Assembly (NCBI GenBank): GCA_029820565.1
Contig: JALGUR010000001.1
Coordinates: forward strand, 17,218 to 81,217
DNA length: 64,000 nucleotides
Origin: Candidatus Zipacnadia bacterium
GTDB taxonomy: Bacteria; Armatimonadota; Zipacnadia; Zipacnadales; Zipacnadaceae
Direction of reading: 5' to 3'
Shown here: positions 9,947-20,152 of the stretch, piece by piece
How positions within the stretch are numbered: position 1 is the stretch's first letter
Layout: every line of letters starts with the position of its first letter
Translations under genes and position numbers: made by a program
Notes under the pieces: generated by a model
Database searches by the model: none
What the model was told of the DNA's origin: nothing
What the model saw: only the letters and a program-made list of their open reading frames with translations

Positions 9947-9965
9947 GTTAAGGAGGTTGGCGGTT

Positions 9966-10952
9966 ATGTTGAATGTAGCAGTGATAGGAACCGGTACTCT
10001 GGGTAAGTCGCACGTAGCCAACTTTGCTCAGATTGACGGCTGCCAGGTGAGACGGGTGTATGATGTCGTGGCCGAAGCGGCTCAAGAGTGCAGTGAACAG
10101 GTGGGCGCTGAGGTAGCCAGTGATGCTAAGGAGTGTTACGCCGATGATATTGATGTCGTCGTAGTGACCACTCCTACCTCCTACCACGCCGAATACTGTG
10201 TGCAAGCAGCTCAGGCGGGCAAGCATATATTCTGTGAAAAGCCGATGACCCGCACTGTAGAGCAGGGCGAGGAAATAATGGCCGCAGTAGCGGAGGCGGG
10301 AGTTACTATGACGGTCGGCCATGTAGTGCGGCTGTTCCCCGAGTATGCCCAGGCCACAAAGATGATAAAGAGTGGGGAACTGGGCAAAATAGGTATGGTC
10401 CGGATGACACGGATAAACACGATGCCCAGAGGCAGTCATTCTTGGTTTCAGGACTTTGAGGCCAGCGGCGGGGTGTTCTTGGATATGTCTATCCACGACG
10501 TTGACTGGCTGCTGTGGACCTTTGGCAAGCCCGAGCGCATCTATATGAAGGGGCTGTGGGAACATATGCCCAAACTGGACTATGCGTTGTGTACTTTGCG
10601 CTTCCCCGATGGGACCATTGCCCACGTGGAGGGCTCGTGGGCTGATTTGGGACTGTTCAGGACTAACTTTGAGATCACCGGCAGTGAAGGTCTACTGGCC
10701 CACGATAGCACCGCTAATGTGACCCTGACCGTGCAGAAACGGGCCACCGAGGGGACTGGCGCGGCCGAGGTGCAAGTGCCGGCCAGTCCCGCTTACAAAT
10801 CACCGTACCTAATGGAGGATGAGTTGTTTATTGAAGCACTACAGACCGGCGGTCCGCCGCCAGTGAGCGTATCCGAGGCCCTGGAGGCAGTCAAGGTCGC
10901 GTTGGCGGGCCTGCAGTCCGCCCAGACGGGCGAAGTGGTCGAATATCAGTAA
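9966..10952 (+). CDS. Gfo/Idh/MocA family oxidoreductase
   Basis: ATG 9966 preceded by a GGAGG SD. N-terminal VAVIGTGTLGKSH Rossmann motif and EKP motif (FCEKPM). Confidence 0.85.
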   Translation: MLNVAVIGTGTLGKSHVANFAQIDGCQVRRVYDVVAEAAQECSEQVGAEVASDAKECYADDIDVVVVTTPTSYHAEYCVQAAQAGKHIFCEKPMTRTVEQGEEIMAAVAEAGVTMTVGHVVRLFPEYAQATKMIKSGELGKIGMVRMTRINTMPRGSHSWFQDFEASGGVFLDMSIHDVDWLLWTFGKPERIYMKGLWEHMPKLDYALCTLRFPDGTIAHVEGSWADLGLFRTNFEITGSEGLLAHDSTANVTLTVQKRATEGTGAAEVQVPASPAYKSPYLMEDELFIEALQTGGPPPVSVSEALEAVKVALAGLQSAQTGEVVEYQ

Positions 10953-11000
10953 TAGTCGCTATGCCGACGTGTGGACAAAGAATCCAGAGGAGTGATACCA

Positions 11001-11987
11001 ATGTCAGTAAAAATAGGAATAATCAGCTTCGCTCACATGCACGCCTACAGTTATGCCGACGTCCTGCAGCATCTGCCTGCTGCCGAACTGGTCGGAGTCA
11101 GCGATGATGACGCCGAGCGGGGCCGCCGAGTCGCCGGCGAGTTAGGCATTGCCTACTATGATAGTGATGAGGCGTTGCTGGACAATGTACAGGCTGTGGT
11201 GGTGACCACTGAAAATGCTCGCCACACGGAACAGGTGCTGCAAGCCGCCGATGCGGGCGTGGCTGTGCTCTGTGAGAAGCCTATTGCTACCACCGTGGCA
11301 GATGCTGAAGAGATGATAGATGCGTGCCAGGAGGCAGGAGTTCAGTTAATGACCTCATTCTCCTGTCGGTTCGCGCCGGCTTTTATTGAGGCTAACAATA
11401 TGATTGTCGCTGGAGAACTGGGCCCAATATTGGCTATCCAAGGGACTAACCGGAGCCGCAATCCCGGAGGGTGGTTCACGGACAAACAACTGGCGGGCGG
11501 CGGTTCAGTAATGGACCATACGGTGCACATCGCTGATCTGATGCGGGTGGTAACTGGCGACGAAGCCGCTTCAGTTTACTGCGAGATGGATACGGTCTAC
11601 CAGCCCGAGCTTCCTGTCGAGGACAGCGGAGTGGTAACCGTTGAATTCAGTCAAGGGTGTATCGGAAGCATAGATTGCAGTTGGTCCCGCCCACCCCACT
11701 ATCCCATCTGGGGCGACGCGACCCTGTGCATTATCGGCGAAAGTGGTAACCTGTGGCTGGACCTATTTCTGGAGCACTTGGACTACTATCACAATCCGGA
11801 CGACAGTTACAACTGGACATCTTACGCGGAAAGTCCAAACTACGTGTTAATGGAGCAGTTCACGGACTGCGTGCAGTCCGGGGCGCCTGTCCCTATCACT
11901 GGTCAGGACGGACTGAAGGCGTTGGAGATAACCCTGGCGGCCTATGAATCGGCCCAATCGGCCCAGCCCGTTAGTCTGCCTGCGTAG
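11001..11987 (+). CDS. Gfo/Idh/MocA family oxidoreductase (paralog of the preceding gene)
   Basis: ATG 11001 after a GAGGAG SD. KIGIISFAHMHAYSYA N-terminus and CEKPI motif. Confidence 0.8.
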   Translation: MSVKIGIISFAHMHAYSYADVLQHLPAAELVGVSDDDAERGRRVAGELGIAYYDSDEALLDNVQAVVVTTENARHTEQVLQAADAGVAVLCEKPIATTVADAEEMIDACQEAGVQLMTSFSCRFAPAFIEANNMIVAGELGPILAIQGTNRSRNPGGWFTDKQLAGGGSVMDHTVHIADLMRVVTGDEAASVYCEMDTVYQPELPVEDSGVVTVEFSQGCIGSIDCSWSRPPHYPIWGDATLCIIGESGNLWLDLFLEHLDYYHNPDDSYNWTSYAESPNYVLMEQFTDCVQSGAPVPITGQDGLKALEITLAAYESAQSAQPVSLPA

Positions 11988-12025
11988 TCTGATCCGTATT
12001 CCCTGGACCTCGGAGGTGTTCACCT

Positions 12026-12682
12026 ATGACAAGATTAGTTGGGGTCGTGGTCATACTTTGCGCCGTAGTATACCTTACGGTAACTCTGGCAGACCTTATG
12101 CCCAAATATGGGGCGGTAGATGAGATTGTTCACAACCAGGACAAATTAGGTCTAAAGACCAGTACTACCAACCTGCGCTTTCATATCGGCCTACGCATAG
12201 TGGTGGATATTATCGGGTTAGCCCTGCTGGGATTGGTAGCCTGGTGGTTGATCGGCTCCGAGACCCAACAGTATGGCTATGCAATTGTCTTGGGGTTGTT
12301 ACTGGTGGCCTCGGTAATTATTCGCCTGACTCCGGTTGTGCCCTACAATATCGCTCGTCTATCGCCGACGGCCTTATTCTTTCGCAGTCAGACCGTGGTT
12401 TCAGTGGCGGCCGACACCACCTCGGGGTGGGTAATCATCCCTTCACGTCAGGGCCAGCGAGTCGCCGTGACTGAGATTTATACCGATACCAGCCTAACCG
12501 GTAACAAAGAATTGGCCTTGGACTTCACCAACAATCAATCAGCCCTGGACCAATACCTGGGCTCGCATCCACCGGTAACACTATTAGGGGCTATGAATGG
12601 CACGAGCGTATTAGCCATGGGCAAATACCTTTACACTGTTCCTTGTGTGAAGGTTATCCAAGTCCAGGATACGGGCCAGTGA
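12026..12682 (+). CDS. hypothetical membrane protein
   Basis: 218-aa ORF with a GGAGGTG SD and 3-4 hydrophobic helices in the N-terminal half. No family recognised. Confidence 0.55.
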   Translation: MTRLVGVVVILCAVVYLTVTLADLMPKYGAVDEIVHNQDKLGLKTSTTNLRFHIGLRIVVDIIGLALLGLVAWWLIGSETQQYGYAIVLGLLLVASVIIRLTPVVPYNIARLSPTALFFRSQTVVSVAADTTSGWVIIPSRQGQRVAVTEIYTDTSLTGNKELALDFTNNQSALDQYLGSHPPVTLLGAMNGTSVLAMGKYLYTVPCVKVIQVQDTGQ

Positions 12683-12734
12683 CCATCTGCTCGACCAGTT
12701 TGAGCCAACTTGCACCGCAAGCCTAATCCAATAG

Positions 12735-13106
12735 ATGATGGATACGAAAGAAGACCCGTGGTGGGTGGTAGCGGTAGGACTGCTAATCGGCTTGCTGATC
12801 CTGGCAGCCCTAATCCCGGTGTATCTCGTCAAGCCGATGGTGGCGACGGTACAGCGGTTGGCCGAAACCCCCTTGGAAGCCGAACTATCACCTGCCAGGA
12901 AATCCCCGACAGTGGTCTTGCCTGTGGTGGCTATCGGGGCGGGTGTGTTTCTATCAGCGCTATCGGTCTGGAAAATATATGATGAAAGGCAGACCAATTC
13001 ACGGTGGACCTGGATGTTAGTAGCCGCAGGCATGACTTTACTGTGGGCGATATTAATGCTGCAGCTCATCTTGAGAATCGGGGGACGGCTGGCCGCTCCG
13101 GGTTGA
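12735..13106 (+). CDS. hypothetical small membrane protein
   Basis: 123-aa ORF with three predicted TM helices and a weak RBS. Confidence 0.45.
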   Translation: MMDTKEDPWWVVAVGLLIGLLILAALIPVYLVKPMVATVQRLAETPLEAELSPARKSPTVVLPVVAIGAGVFLSALSVWKIYDERQTNSRWTWMLVAAGMTLLWAILMLQLILRIGGRLAAPG

Positions 13107-13146
13107 TAGCTACCAAAGATGCGGATAAGGCAAGAGGATAATTACA

Positions 13147-15141
13147 GTGACAGTCACCGGCAGCGATAAGCAAGGTGAGATGCCAACTTCCTCGCCGACA
13201 TCAAGCCGGCTCGCGCGGGCCGTAACAGGTCGTTCACTACTATTGGGGGCCGTTGGCTCGGCGGCCATTGGGCTATTGGCGCCGTATGCGATTCACGTGC
13301 TGCGCGGCTCGTATATGGCTTTAGACTTCAGCACGCCGGCGGCCGTCGCTTTGTTATTTCTACTGGTCGCCGGTCCCAATCTGCTCCTGGTTCGATTTCG
13401 CCAAAAGTTGGCCCTAACCACCGCCGAGATTATCACTATTTACAGTATGATGGTGGTTGCCTCGGCTATCCCTACTATGGGCGTGACGGCGCAGATTATC
13501 CCCCTGACGACCGGCGCCCACTACTACGCCAGTCCCGAAAACAAATGGGACCAAGTGATACTCCCGCATCTGGCATCCTGGTTAGCCCCCCGGGGTGCGG
13601 CTCCGAGAAGCCCGGTGATAGGCCATCTATATGAGGGTCTGCCCGCAGGTGCCCAGGTGCCGTGGCAAGCCTGGCTGCCGGCTTTGGGCGCGTGGATTCC
13701 CTTCTTGCTATGTCTGCACCTGGTTATGATCTGTATGATGGTGCTGCTGCGCAAGCAATGGGTAGATAACGAGCGGCTGGCCTATCCGCTTACCTACTTG
13801 CCCTTGGCCTTGGCCGGCGCCGACAGCGGCGGCCGACCGACAATACTGTTGCGCGGGACTTTCTGGATAGGATTTGCTCTTGCCTTTTTGATGGGTACAT
13901 TGAGAGGACTCCATCACTATTTCCCCGGAGTACCTGCTATTGACCTGACCAGCAATGTAACCGTTGTCAAGGATATATGGTCTTTGTCTTTTCGGCTCAG
14001 TTTTCCTATGCTGGGCTTCTTCTATCTGGTCAGCGTAGAGACCAGCTTCAGTGTATGGTTTTTCAATCTGTTGACCCAAATGGGCACGGCAATTGTGAAG
14101 TTCTTGGGCATCGTCAGTAGTGAGAATCTCGGAATATACGGGGCTCGCGACCCCCTGCTGAAGTACTTGGGTTCAGGTGCCTTTCTGGCTTTAGTAGGCT
14201 CAAATCTGTGGATATCCCGCAGGCATCTGAAAATCATTTGGGAGCGCGCCATGGGCCGAGGTCATCGGGAAGACGATGCCGGCGAAATTGTATCCTACCG
14301 GTTCGCCTTTTGGGTGATGGTTGCTGGGCTGATAGTAATAGGCTGGTGGCTGGCAGCCAGCGGTATGCCGCCAGTCGTGGTCCCTCTGTTTCTACTTATG
14401 GCGTTCGTATTCTTCATCGGTTTGACTCGCGTCGTCGCCGAAAGCGGTATGGCCGAGGCCGTAGCCCCTTCTATTGCTCCCGCGTCGGTGGCCGGATGGC
14501 TGGGGATAGGACCGTTGGGCCCGAAGGGCATGTTGGCCTTAGGACTCACCTACGTCTGGTGCAGCGACATCCGTACCTTTGTTATGTGCTCGGCAGCCAA
14601 CAGCCTTAAGATGGCCCAGGTAGTTGAGCACAAGCCGCACCGCTTCTTCTGGGGCTTCGTGATTGCCATCGCAGTAGCCTTAGTCTCCTCAATGTGGCTA
14701 ACTATGACTCGCGCCTATCAGCAGGGCGGCGTTACTATGAACAAGTGGTTCTTTGAGGGAGCGCCTGTGGCCCAATATAAGTGGGTAGCCGACTGGATAG
14801 TGAGAGAGCCCAGACCCAGCATTATTGGACTGGTCATAACCGCAGTCGGGGCCGGCATATACATATTACTGGCGGCGATGCGTTTCCGCTTCCCCCGCTG
14901 GCCGTTTCACCCCATCGGCTACTGCATTGGCAGTGTGTGGATTATGGACAATATTTGGTTCACGTGCTTCCTTAGTTGGTTAGTCAAAGGCACCATCCTG
15001 CGCTACGGCGGTATGAAGGGGTATCAGTACATGCGACCGATATTCCTGGGCCTCATCTGCGGGCAGTTCACGTGTAACACGGTGTGGCTATTAATTGACC
15101 AACTTGCCGGGGGGACCGGCAATCAGATATTCTGGATTTAG
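13147..15141 (+). CDS. large polytopic membrane protein, putative transporter (DUF6785/DUF6784-like by recollection)
   Basis: 664-aa ORF with GTG start after an AGAGGA SD and more than 12 hydrophobic segments. The YASPENKW segment resembles what I recall of DUF6785 proteins. Embedded in a sugar-oxidoreductase/hydrolase locus. Confidence 0.6.
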   Translation: MTVTGSDKQGEMPTSSPTSSRLARAVTGRSLLLGAVGSAAIGLLAPYAIHVLRGSYMALDFSTPAAVALLFLLVAGPNLLLVRFRQKLALTTAEIITIYSMMVVASAIPTMGVTAQIIPLTTGAHYYASPENKWDQVILPHLASWLAPRGAAPRSPVIGHLYEGLPAGAQVPWQAWLPALGAWIPFLLCLHLVMICMMVLLRKQWVDNERLAYPLTYLPLALAGADSGGRPTILLRGTFWIGFALAFLMGTLRGLHHYFPGVPAIDLTSNVTVVKDIWSLSFRLSFPMLGFFYLVSVETSFSVWFFNLLTQMGTAIVKFLGIVSSENLGIYGARDPLLKYLGSGAFLALVGSNLWISRRHLKIIWERAMGRGHREDDAGEIVSYRFAFWVMVAGLIVIGWWLAASGMPPVVVPLFLLMAFVFFIGLTRVVAESGMAEAVAPSIAPASVAGWLGIGPLGPKGMLALGLTYVWCSDIRTFVMCSAANSLKMAQVVEHKPHRFFWGFVIAIAVALVSSMWLTMTRAYQQGGVTMNKWFFEGAPVAQYKWVADWIVREPRPSIIGLVITAVGAGIYILLAAMRFRFPRWPFHPIGYCIGSVWIMDNIWFTCFLSWLVKGTILRYGGMKGYQYMRPIFLGLICGQFTCNTVWLLIDQLAGGTGNQIFWI

Positions 15142-15177
15142 GTCTGTCCTGCCGAACACAAGGAGGTTTGTCTACTT

Positions 15178-18100
15178 GTGCCTGAGCGCCGCGACACAAT
15201 CAGAATAGTGGCACGTCTGATTATGTTAGCACTACTGGGCTTGTGCAGCCTACCGATACAGTTAGTACCGGCTGCGTCGGAAGCCCTAAATGTCGAGAAT
15301 GCCCCGACATCTGCCTCAGTGCCTGATGACTGGCAAGATGCTCAAGTGCTGTACGCCAGCGACTTTGAGTCCGAATTTGAGGCAGCTACCCCAGGCTCTT
15401 GGCACTTTATCCCTACAACTATCCGTGAAGAAGCGCCTGAACTCCCCTGCGCCGTGCGCCACACCCGTGAGGGCGGACATGTGCTTAAGGCCGAGCAGCA
15501 TTACTGGCTACAATGGCCGCACAAGGTCAGCAGTGGCCATCTGCGAGTTCAGTTTGACCTTTATCCGCTGCCCGCGCGCAGCGGGAGTTTGCGCCTGTAC
15601 CTACCAGACTTGGGCGAACCGGTGGACTTTGGGTATCCACAGCCCATTGAGTATGGGCCATACCTAATGGCTGAGTGGCCTGAGGCCGAAATAACCAGTC
15701 GCAATGCCCGCAACCAGCCCACTGCCCTGGGCAAACTCCAACCGAACACCTGGCAGCGGGTAACCATAATAGTGGACCTGGACGAACGGCGCTTTCAGTT
15801 ATTCATAGACGGCGAGCAGCGGGGCGAGGATATGGAGTTCCGCGACTACCGCTGGTTTAGCGGAACGGATCGTCTGTATTTCTATCGGCAATACGGCTCG
15901 TCAGGCGCGGGAGCAGACCTGCTGGACAATGTCTCAGTCCATCACCTGCCCAGCGGTAGCGAAACGCGTATAAGGCGGCCAACAGACTTGCCCGCACCGC
16001 CGGTCATACCGGCTCACGCCTTACAGTCTACACCGAAACTCGACGGCGACCTCTCCGAGTCGGCGTGGGATGATGCTTACCACACTGACCGCTTCTACAC
16101 ACTTGCCGGCGAGGCTACCAACGAACCTCGCATGGAGGCGTGGCTGGGGTACCAGGACGACTGTCTATATTTGGCCACTCGCCTCTGGCCGCAGAATATG
16201 GACCGGGTCCGGAGCAGTGCCCAGAGAAGGACCCAAGGTGGTTGGGGCTATATTGAGATTTTTATTGATCCGTCACTGAATAAGCATGAAGGCAAGTACC
16301 TGCACCTGGGCTATGATGCGGCAAGCAATAAGATTCAGGAGCAGGGCATGGGTCAGCCCTGGGATGCTGAATGGACCGTGGCAACAGCGTTGGGGAAAGA
16401 TAACTGGACAGCCGAAGTCCGCATTCCTTTCGCAGCGTTGGTCGCCGCTTGTCCGCCCCGGGACACATGGGGCATTAACATCTGTCGGGGGCAAGCCATC
16501 GGTCCGGATAACGCGGCACTTTCGCCAACCTTTGGAAATTTTCATGTCCCGGCCCGCTTTGCCCGACTGACCGGCCTCAGTCGCCTGATAACCTCTGCCC
16601 TGCGCTGCACCTTACAACTCCCTGAGCCTCTGTTCACTGGCGAGGCTCAGGTTCAGGCAACCGTGACGGGCGGCCACACTGTAGCCGACAAACCCCTGGA
16701 ACTGTTACTCATCGCAGAGGGACCGGAGGGGGTCAAATCACGCGAAATCGTGGACTTCACCCGGGGCGATCCCGAACGGGCGCAGATGCTACCGGTACCC
16801 GTGGGCATTCCCAAAGATGGTCCATATTACTTCTGGGCCCAGGTCTGGCTAGCCGGGGAAGTGCCAGACGAAGGAACACACGGCGACGTGCCTTTAGCCC
16901 GGACCGCCAGCACTTTCGCTCTCGCAGTGTCCCGGGGCACGCTATTGCTACGCACCGACCGCAACTACTATACTACCGAGACGACCGCGCGGGTCCGCGG
17001 CCGGCTATTAGGGCAGCCCTTGCCTCAAGGCAGCAGTGCTGTGTTGCAGATACGCAGCCCTGAGGCTCAATTTGCTGACCAGACGCTGCTTGACATCCAC
17101 CGCGTCGTCAAGCACGTTCCCTTTATGGTGGAGTTGCCCCTAACCGATCTGCCCCTGGGTCAAATGGAGTTGAATGTGCAACTGCTGGGGCCAGATCAAT
17201 CAAAGGTGGCTACTGCCCGGGTGCCCTTGGTACGGCGTATGCCCCAACCCAATGAAGTCAAGATTCGCTGGGATAATGTGCTAATAGTGGACGGACAGCC
17301 CTTCTTCCCGCTTTACATCTGGACCAAGCGCGATCTCATTCTGGCCCACGATCTGGGCTGTAACGCTGTCTTGATGCCCTACGCCAAGTACTTAACCCCC
17401 GAGCGACTGCAATTAGCCAAGGAACTGGGTATTCGGATCATCCTGCGACCTTCCCATATCTATCGGTCGCAGGAGGCTCCCGGCAGGATTGAGGCCTTCC
17501 GTGATGAAGCGCCTCTACTGGGGTGGTTTGTTGAAGATGAGCCGCACGCTGACAATAAAGAGCAAGCCACGGCTATTGAGCATATGGTTAACCTTCTCAG
17601 CGAAATGGACCGGTATCATCCGACCTACATAAACATTATGAGCAATTGGGCCGACGCCCACGCTTATGCCCTTGCTACCGACGCCTTCGGCGCCGACCCT
17701 TATGCTTCGTCCGGCTACTACCGCGAGCGTCACGTGGCCGACTCGACGCGGCTGCTGCTGGCTGCCACCCGGGGCCAGCGGCCCATTTGGCAGACGTTGC
17801 AAGTGTTTCACCCGCGCAACGACCATGTCCACCCGACCCCAGCCGAATTTCGTCATTCAGTCTACTCGGCCGTGGTGCACGGAGCAACCGGGTTGGGCTT
17901 CTGGGGAACCGCCGTGCGCAGCGGTGGCTCAGATGAGGACATTCGCGGCCTGCTATCTGATAAGCCATTGTGGCAGGAAGTGCGAGAAGTGGTTCATACC
18001 ATCCGAGAGTTGACGCCGGTGCTAACATCCGAAGAGCGAGTTAGTGAAGGGGCGTCTTGCCAAAATGCGCACGTGGCCATTATGAATAAACGATGGCAGG

Positions 18101-18291
18101 GCCAGCATTATGTATGGGCGTTGAATATGCGGGATGCCCCGGATACGGCGACACTAAGCCTGCCGGTGGCCACCGGCGAACTTGTCAACCTAATTCGTCC
18201 CGGTGGCAGTTGGTCTTTCACCGGCGGAACGTGTAAGGTGCCGCTGGAGCCATTGCAGCCATTAGTGCTACGACTGGAGGAGCCAGAATGA
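15178..18291 (+). CDS. secreted multidomain protein: LamG-like + CBM9/DOMON-like + uncharacterised TIM-barrel hydrolase-like module
   Basis: 1,037 aa with GTG start after an AAGGAGG SD and a signal peptide. CBM9-like segment PKLDGDLSESAWDDA...IEIFIDP. C-terminal module carries the VDGQPFFP, VEDEP and DPY motifs shared with ORF 21913..23829. Confidence 0.6.
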   Translation: MPERRDTIRIVARLIMLALLGLCSLPIQLVPAASEALNVENAPTSASVPDDWQDAQVLYASDFESEFEAATPGSWHFIPTTIREEAPELPCAVRHTREGGHVLKAEQHYWLQWPHKVSSGHLRVQFDLYPLPARSGSLRLYLPDLGEPVDFGYPQPIEYGPYLMAEWPEAEITSRNARNQPTALGKLQPNTWQRVTIIVDLDERRFQLFIDGEQRGEDMEFRDYRWFSGTDRLYFYRQYGSSGAGADLLDNVSVHHLPSGSETRIRRPTDLPAPPVIPAHALQSTPKLDGDLSESAWDDAYHTDRFYTLAGEATNEPRMEAWLGYQDDCLYLATRLWPQNMDRVRSSAQRRTQGGWGYIEIFIDPSLNKHEGKYLHLGYDAASNKIQEQGMGQPWDAEWTVATALGKDNWTAEVRIPFAALVAACPPRDTWGINICRGQAIGPDNAALSPTFGNFHVPARFARLTGLSRLITSALRCTLQLPEPLFTGEAQVQATVTGGHTVADKPLELLLIAEGPEGVKSREIVDFTRGDPERAQMLPVPVGIPKDGPYYFWAQVWLAGEVPDEGTHGDVPLARTASTFALAVSRGTLLLRTDRNYYTTETTARVRGRLLGQPLPQGSSAVLQIRSPEAQFADQTLLDIHRVVKHVPFMVELPLTDLPLGQMELNVQLLGPDQSKVATARVPLVRRMPQPNEVKIRWDNVLIVDGQPFFPLYIWTKRDLILAHDLGCNAVLMPYAKYLTPERLQLAKELGIRIILRPSHIYRSQEAPGRIEAFRDEAPLLGWFVEDEPHADNKEQATAIEHMVNLLSEMDRYHPTYINIMSNWADAHAYALATDAFGADPYASSGYYRERHVADSTRLLLAATRGQRPIWQTLQVFHPRNDHVHPTPAEFRHSVYSAVVHGATGLGFWGTAVRSGGSDEDIRGLLSDKPLWQEVREVVHTIRELTPVLTSEERVSEGASCQNAHVAIMNKRWQGQHYVWALNMRDAPDTATLSLPVATGELVNLIRPGGSWSFTGGTCKVPLEPLQPLVLRLEEPE

Positions 18292-19352
18292 CTGACTCAA
18301 CGACAGATTTCATAATCCCCGCTGACGAAATCAAGCAACTGCGCGCGAGATTGGAGAACAGCTACGATCAATACTATTCCCGGCGTTGCTCTCAATCAGA
18401 TCAGGAGATCGCTCAGCGTTGGCACCGAGATTTTTCTACCCCGGATGCTTACGAGGCCTCGGTCGAGGAGAATCGGCAGCATTTTCTCCAACTTATGGGC
18501 GGCTGGCCGTGGCCACGAGAAGATTTGAACCCGCGCCGCGAGCAGTTGTATGAAAATGATGACTTTACGGTATACCGAGTTTCTCTGCATAGTTTTGACG
18601 ACATAGAAACCGACTGCTTGCTGCTGGTCCCTCAGGGCATTACCCAGCCACGCCCTGCCGTTTTGGTCCAACATGGCCTGGGCAGCGCCCCAGAGTTGGC
18701 TTGCGGCTTTGTAGCAGACGAGGGCCTTTATCACCGCTTCGGGCAGCGGCTGGCCCGCTTGGGATACGTGGTGATTGCGCCCCGTATGATTGGGCCTCAG
18801 GATAAGCGGCAACCTCTGTATCGGAAGGCCATGCTAATGGGTGAGCGACTAATGGGGGCAGAGATGTTCTCGCTATCTCGAGCAGTGGACTATCTCCAAG
18901 CCCTGGACGAGGTAGACGCCGAACACATCGGAATGTACGGCCTCTCCCAGGGAGGACAGAGCGCCTTGTGGCTGCCGGCCGTAGAGAAGCGGATCAAGGT
19001 GACGATCATCTCGGCATTTTTCAATTTGCGCTGGCAAAAAATGGTCATCTCGGGCGGGGAGAACTATACTGCATATATTGATACTGACGAGGAGGATAAA
19101 TTCTTCTACGGGCAGCTTCTGGAGTTTTCCGATAGTGACATCGCCTCGCTTATCTGTCCCCGATGTGTGTTTGTGGAAGCGGGCAGGGATGACAAGGCGG
19201 TCTACCAGCCTATGGCAGCCGAAGAGTTTGGCAAGTTAAAGCGAATTTATGAGAAACTCGGAATCGGCGACCGGGCACAGATTGAACTGCACGACGGCGG
19301 CCACGAGATTAACTTCGCCGGTGCGGTGGAGTTCTTGAATAGATACCTATAG
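18288..19352 (+). CDS. alpha/beta hydrolase (esterase, dienelactone-hydrolase-like)
   Basis: ATGA overlap with the upstream gene. GLSQGG nucleophile elbow and a C-terminal HDGGHE candidate catalytic His. Confidence 0.65.
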   Translation: MTDSTTDFIIPADEIKQLRARLENSYDQYYSRRCSQSDQEIAQRWHRDFSTPDAYEASVEENRQHFLQLMGGWPWPREDLNPRREQLYENDDFTVYRVSLHSFDDIETDCLLLVPQGITQPRPAVLVQHGLGSAPELACGFVADEGLYHRFGQRLARLGYVVIAPRMIGPQDKRQPLYRKAMLMGERLMGAEMFSLSRAVDYLQALDEVDAEHIGMYGLSQGGQSALWLPAVEKRIKVTIISAFFNLRWQKMVISGGENYTAYIDTDEEDKFFYGQLLEFSDSDIASLICPRCVFVEAGRDDKAVYQPMAAEEFGKLKRIYEKLGIGDRAQIELHDGGHEINFAGAVEFLNRYL

Positions 19353-19376
19353 ATCTTCACCCAAACCGAGGTCGGC

Positions 19377-20135
19377 ATGCGAACTTACAGCACCGTTGGC
19401 ATCACTCTTACCGTCAAGAAATATCGGGGCACTGAGCGGTTAGTCGCCTTCTATACTCGCGAGTACGGTAAGGTGGAAGCAGTGGCCAAAGGTATCGGTA
19501 AGCCACGAAGTAAATTGGCGCCGTTAGTTGAACCTCTGACCTTGTCTAAACTGTTCTTTGCTAAAGGGCGGCAGATTGATTACCTTACTCAGGGCGAGGT
19601 AATTGAGTGTTTCTATGAGTTGCGCCGACCGGTGCGTCGCTATGGCTATGCCTGCTATCTGGCCGAACTCACCGCGACCGCTACTGAACCTGGCCTGGCT
19701 AACCCCTCTTTATTTGAGGCACTTAAGGCCAGTCTCGCGGCGATGGCAAGCGCCAATGATCCCCAAGTAATTGGGTGGGCGTACTGTTTGAAACTATTGA
19801 CAGAGTTGGGCCTGGCTCCGGTGTTGGATAGATGTGCAGTCTGTGAAGGGCCCTTGACCGGGTCGGCAACTTATCAGGCGGCGGCGGGTGGGCTAGTCTG
19901 TGATGATTGTCAGCCCTTGCCTCAATCCGGGCGGACTATCTCCCAGCCTACACGCGGTGTTTTGCGCAGTCTACTCAATATGCCGGCTGACCGCCTGGGG
20001 CGGCTGAGGATTTCGTCGCAAACCCGACAGCAAATAACCGACCTACTGCGCCAGCACATTGCCTATCATCTGGATCTGCACCCCAAAAGTGAGCAGTTTC
20101 TGGCTGAACTGCCAGCGCTGGCAGAAAAGACTTAG
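19377..20135 (+). CDS. recO: DNA repair protein RecO
   Basis: N-terminal OB-fold sequence typical of RecO (GITLTVKKYRGTERLVAFYTREYGKVEAVAKG). CAVC...CDDC zinc motif. Confidence 0.85.
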   Translation: MRTYSTVGITLTVKKYRGTERLVAFYTREYGKVEAVAKGIGKPRSKLAPLVEPLTLSKLFFAKGRQIDYLTQGEVIECFYELRRPVRRYGYACYLAELTATATEPGLANPSLFEALKASLAAMASANDPQVIGWAYCLKLLTELGLAPVLDRCAVCEGPLTGSATYQAAAGGLVCDDCQPLPQSGRTISQPTRGVLRSLLNMPADRLGRLRISSQTRQQITDLLRQHIAYHLDLHPKSEQFLAELPALAEKT

Positions 20136-20152
20136 GGAAGGGAATCAGTCAG

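Noticed and set aside
9948-10625. 225-aa minus-strand ORF
   Set aside because: It is antisense to the clear Gfo/Idh/MocA gene and has no RBS or recognisable motifs.
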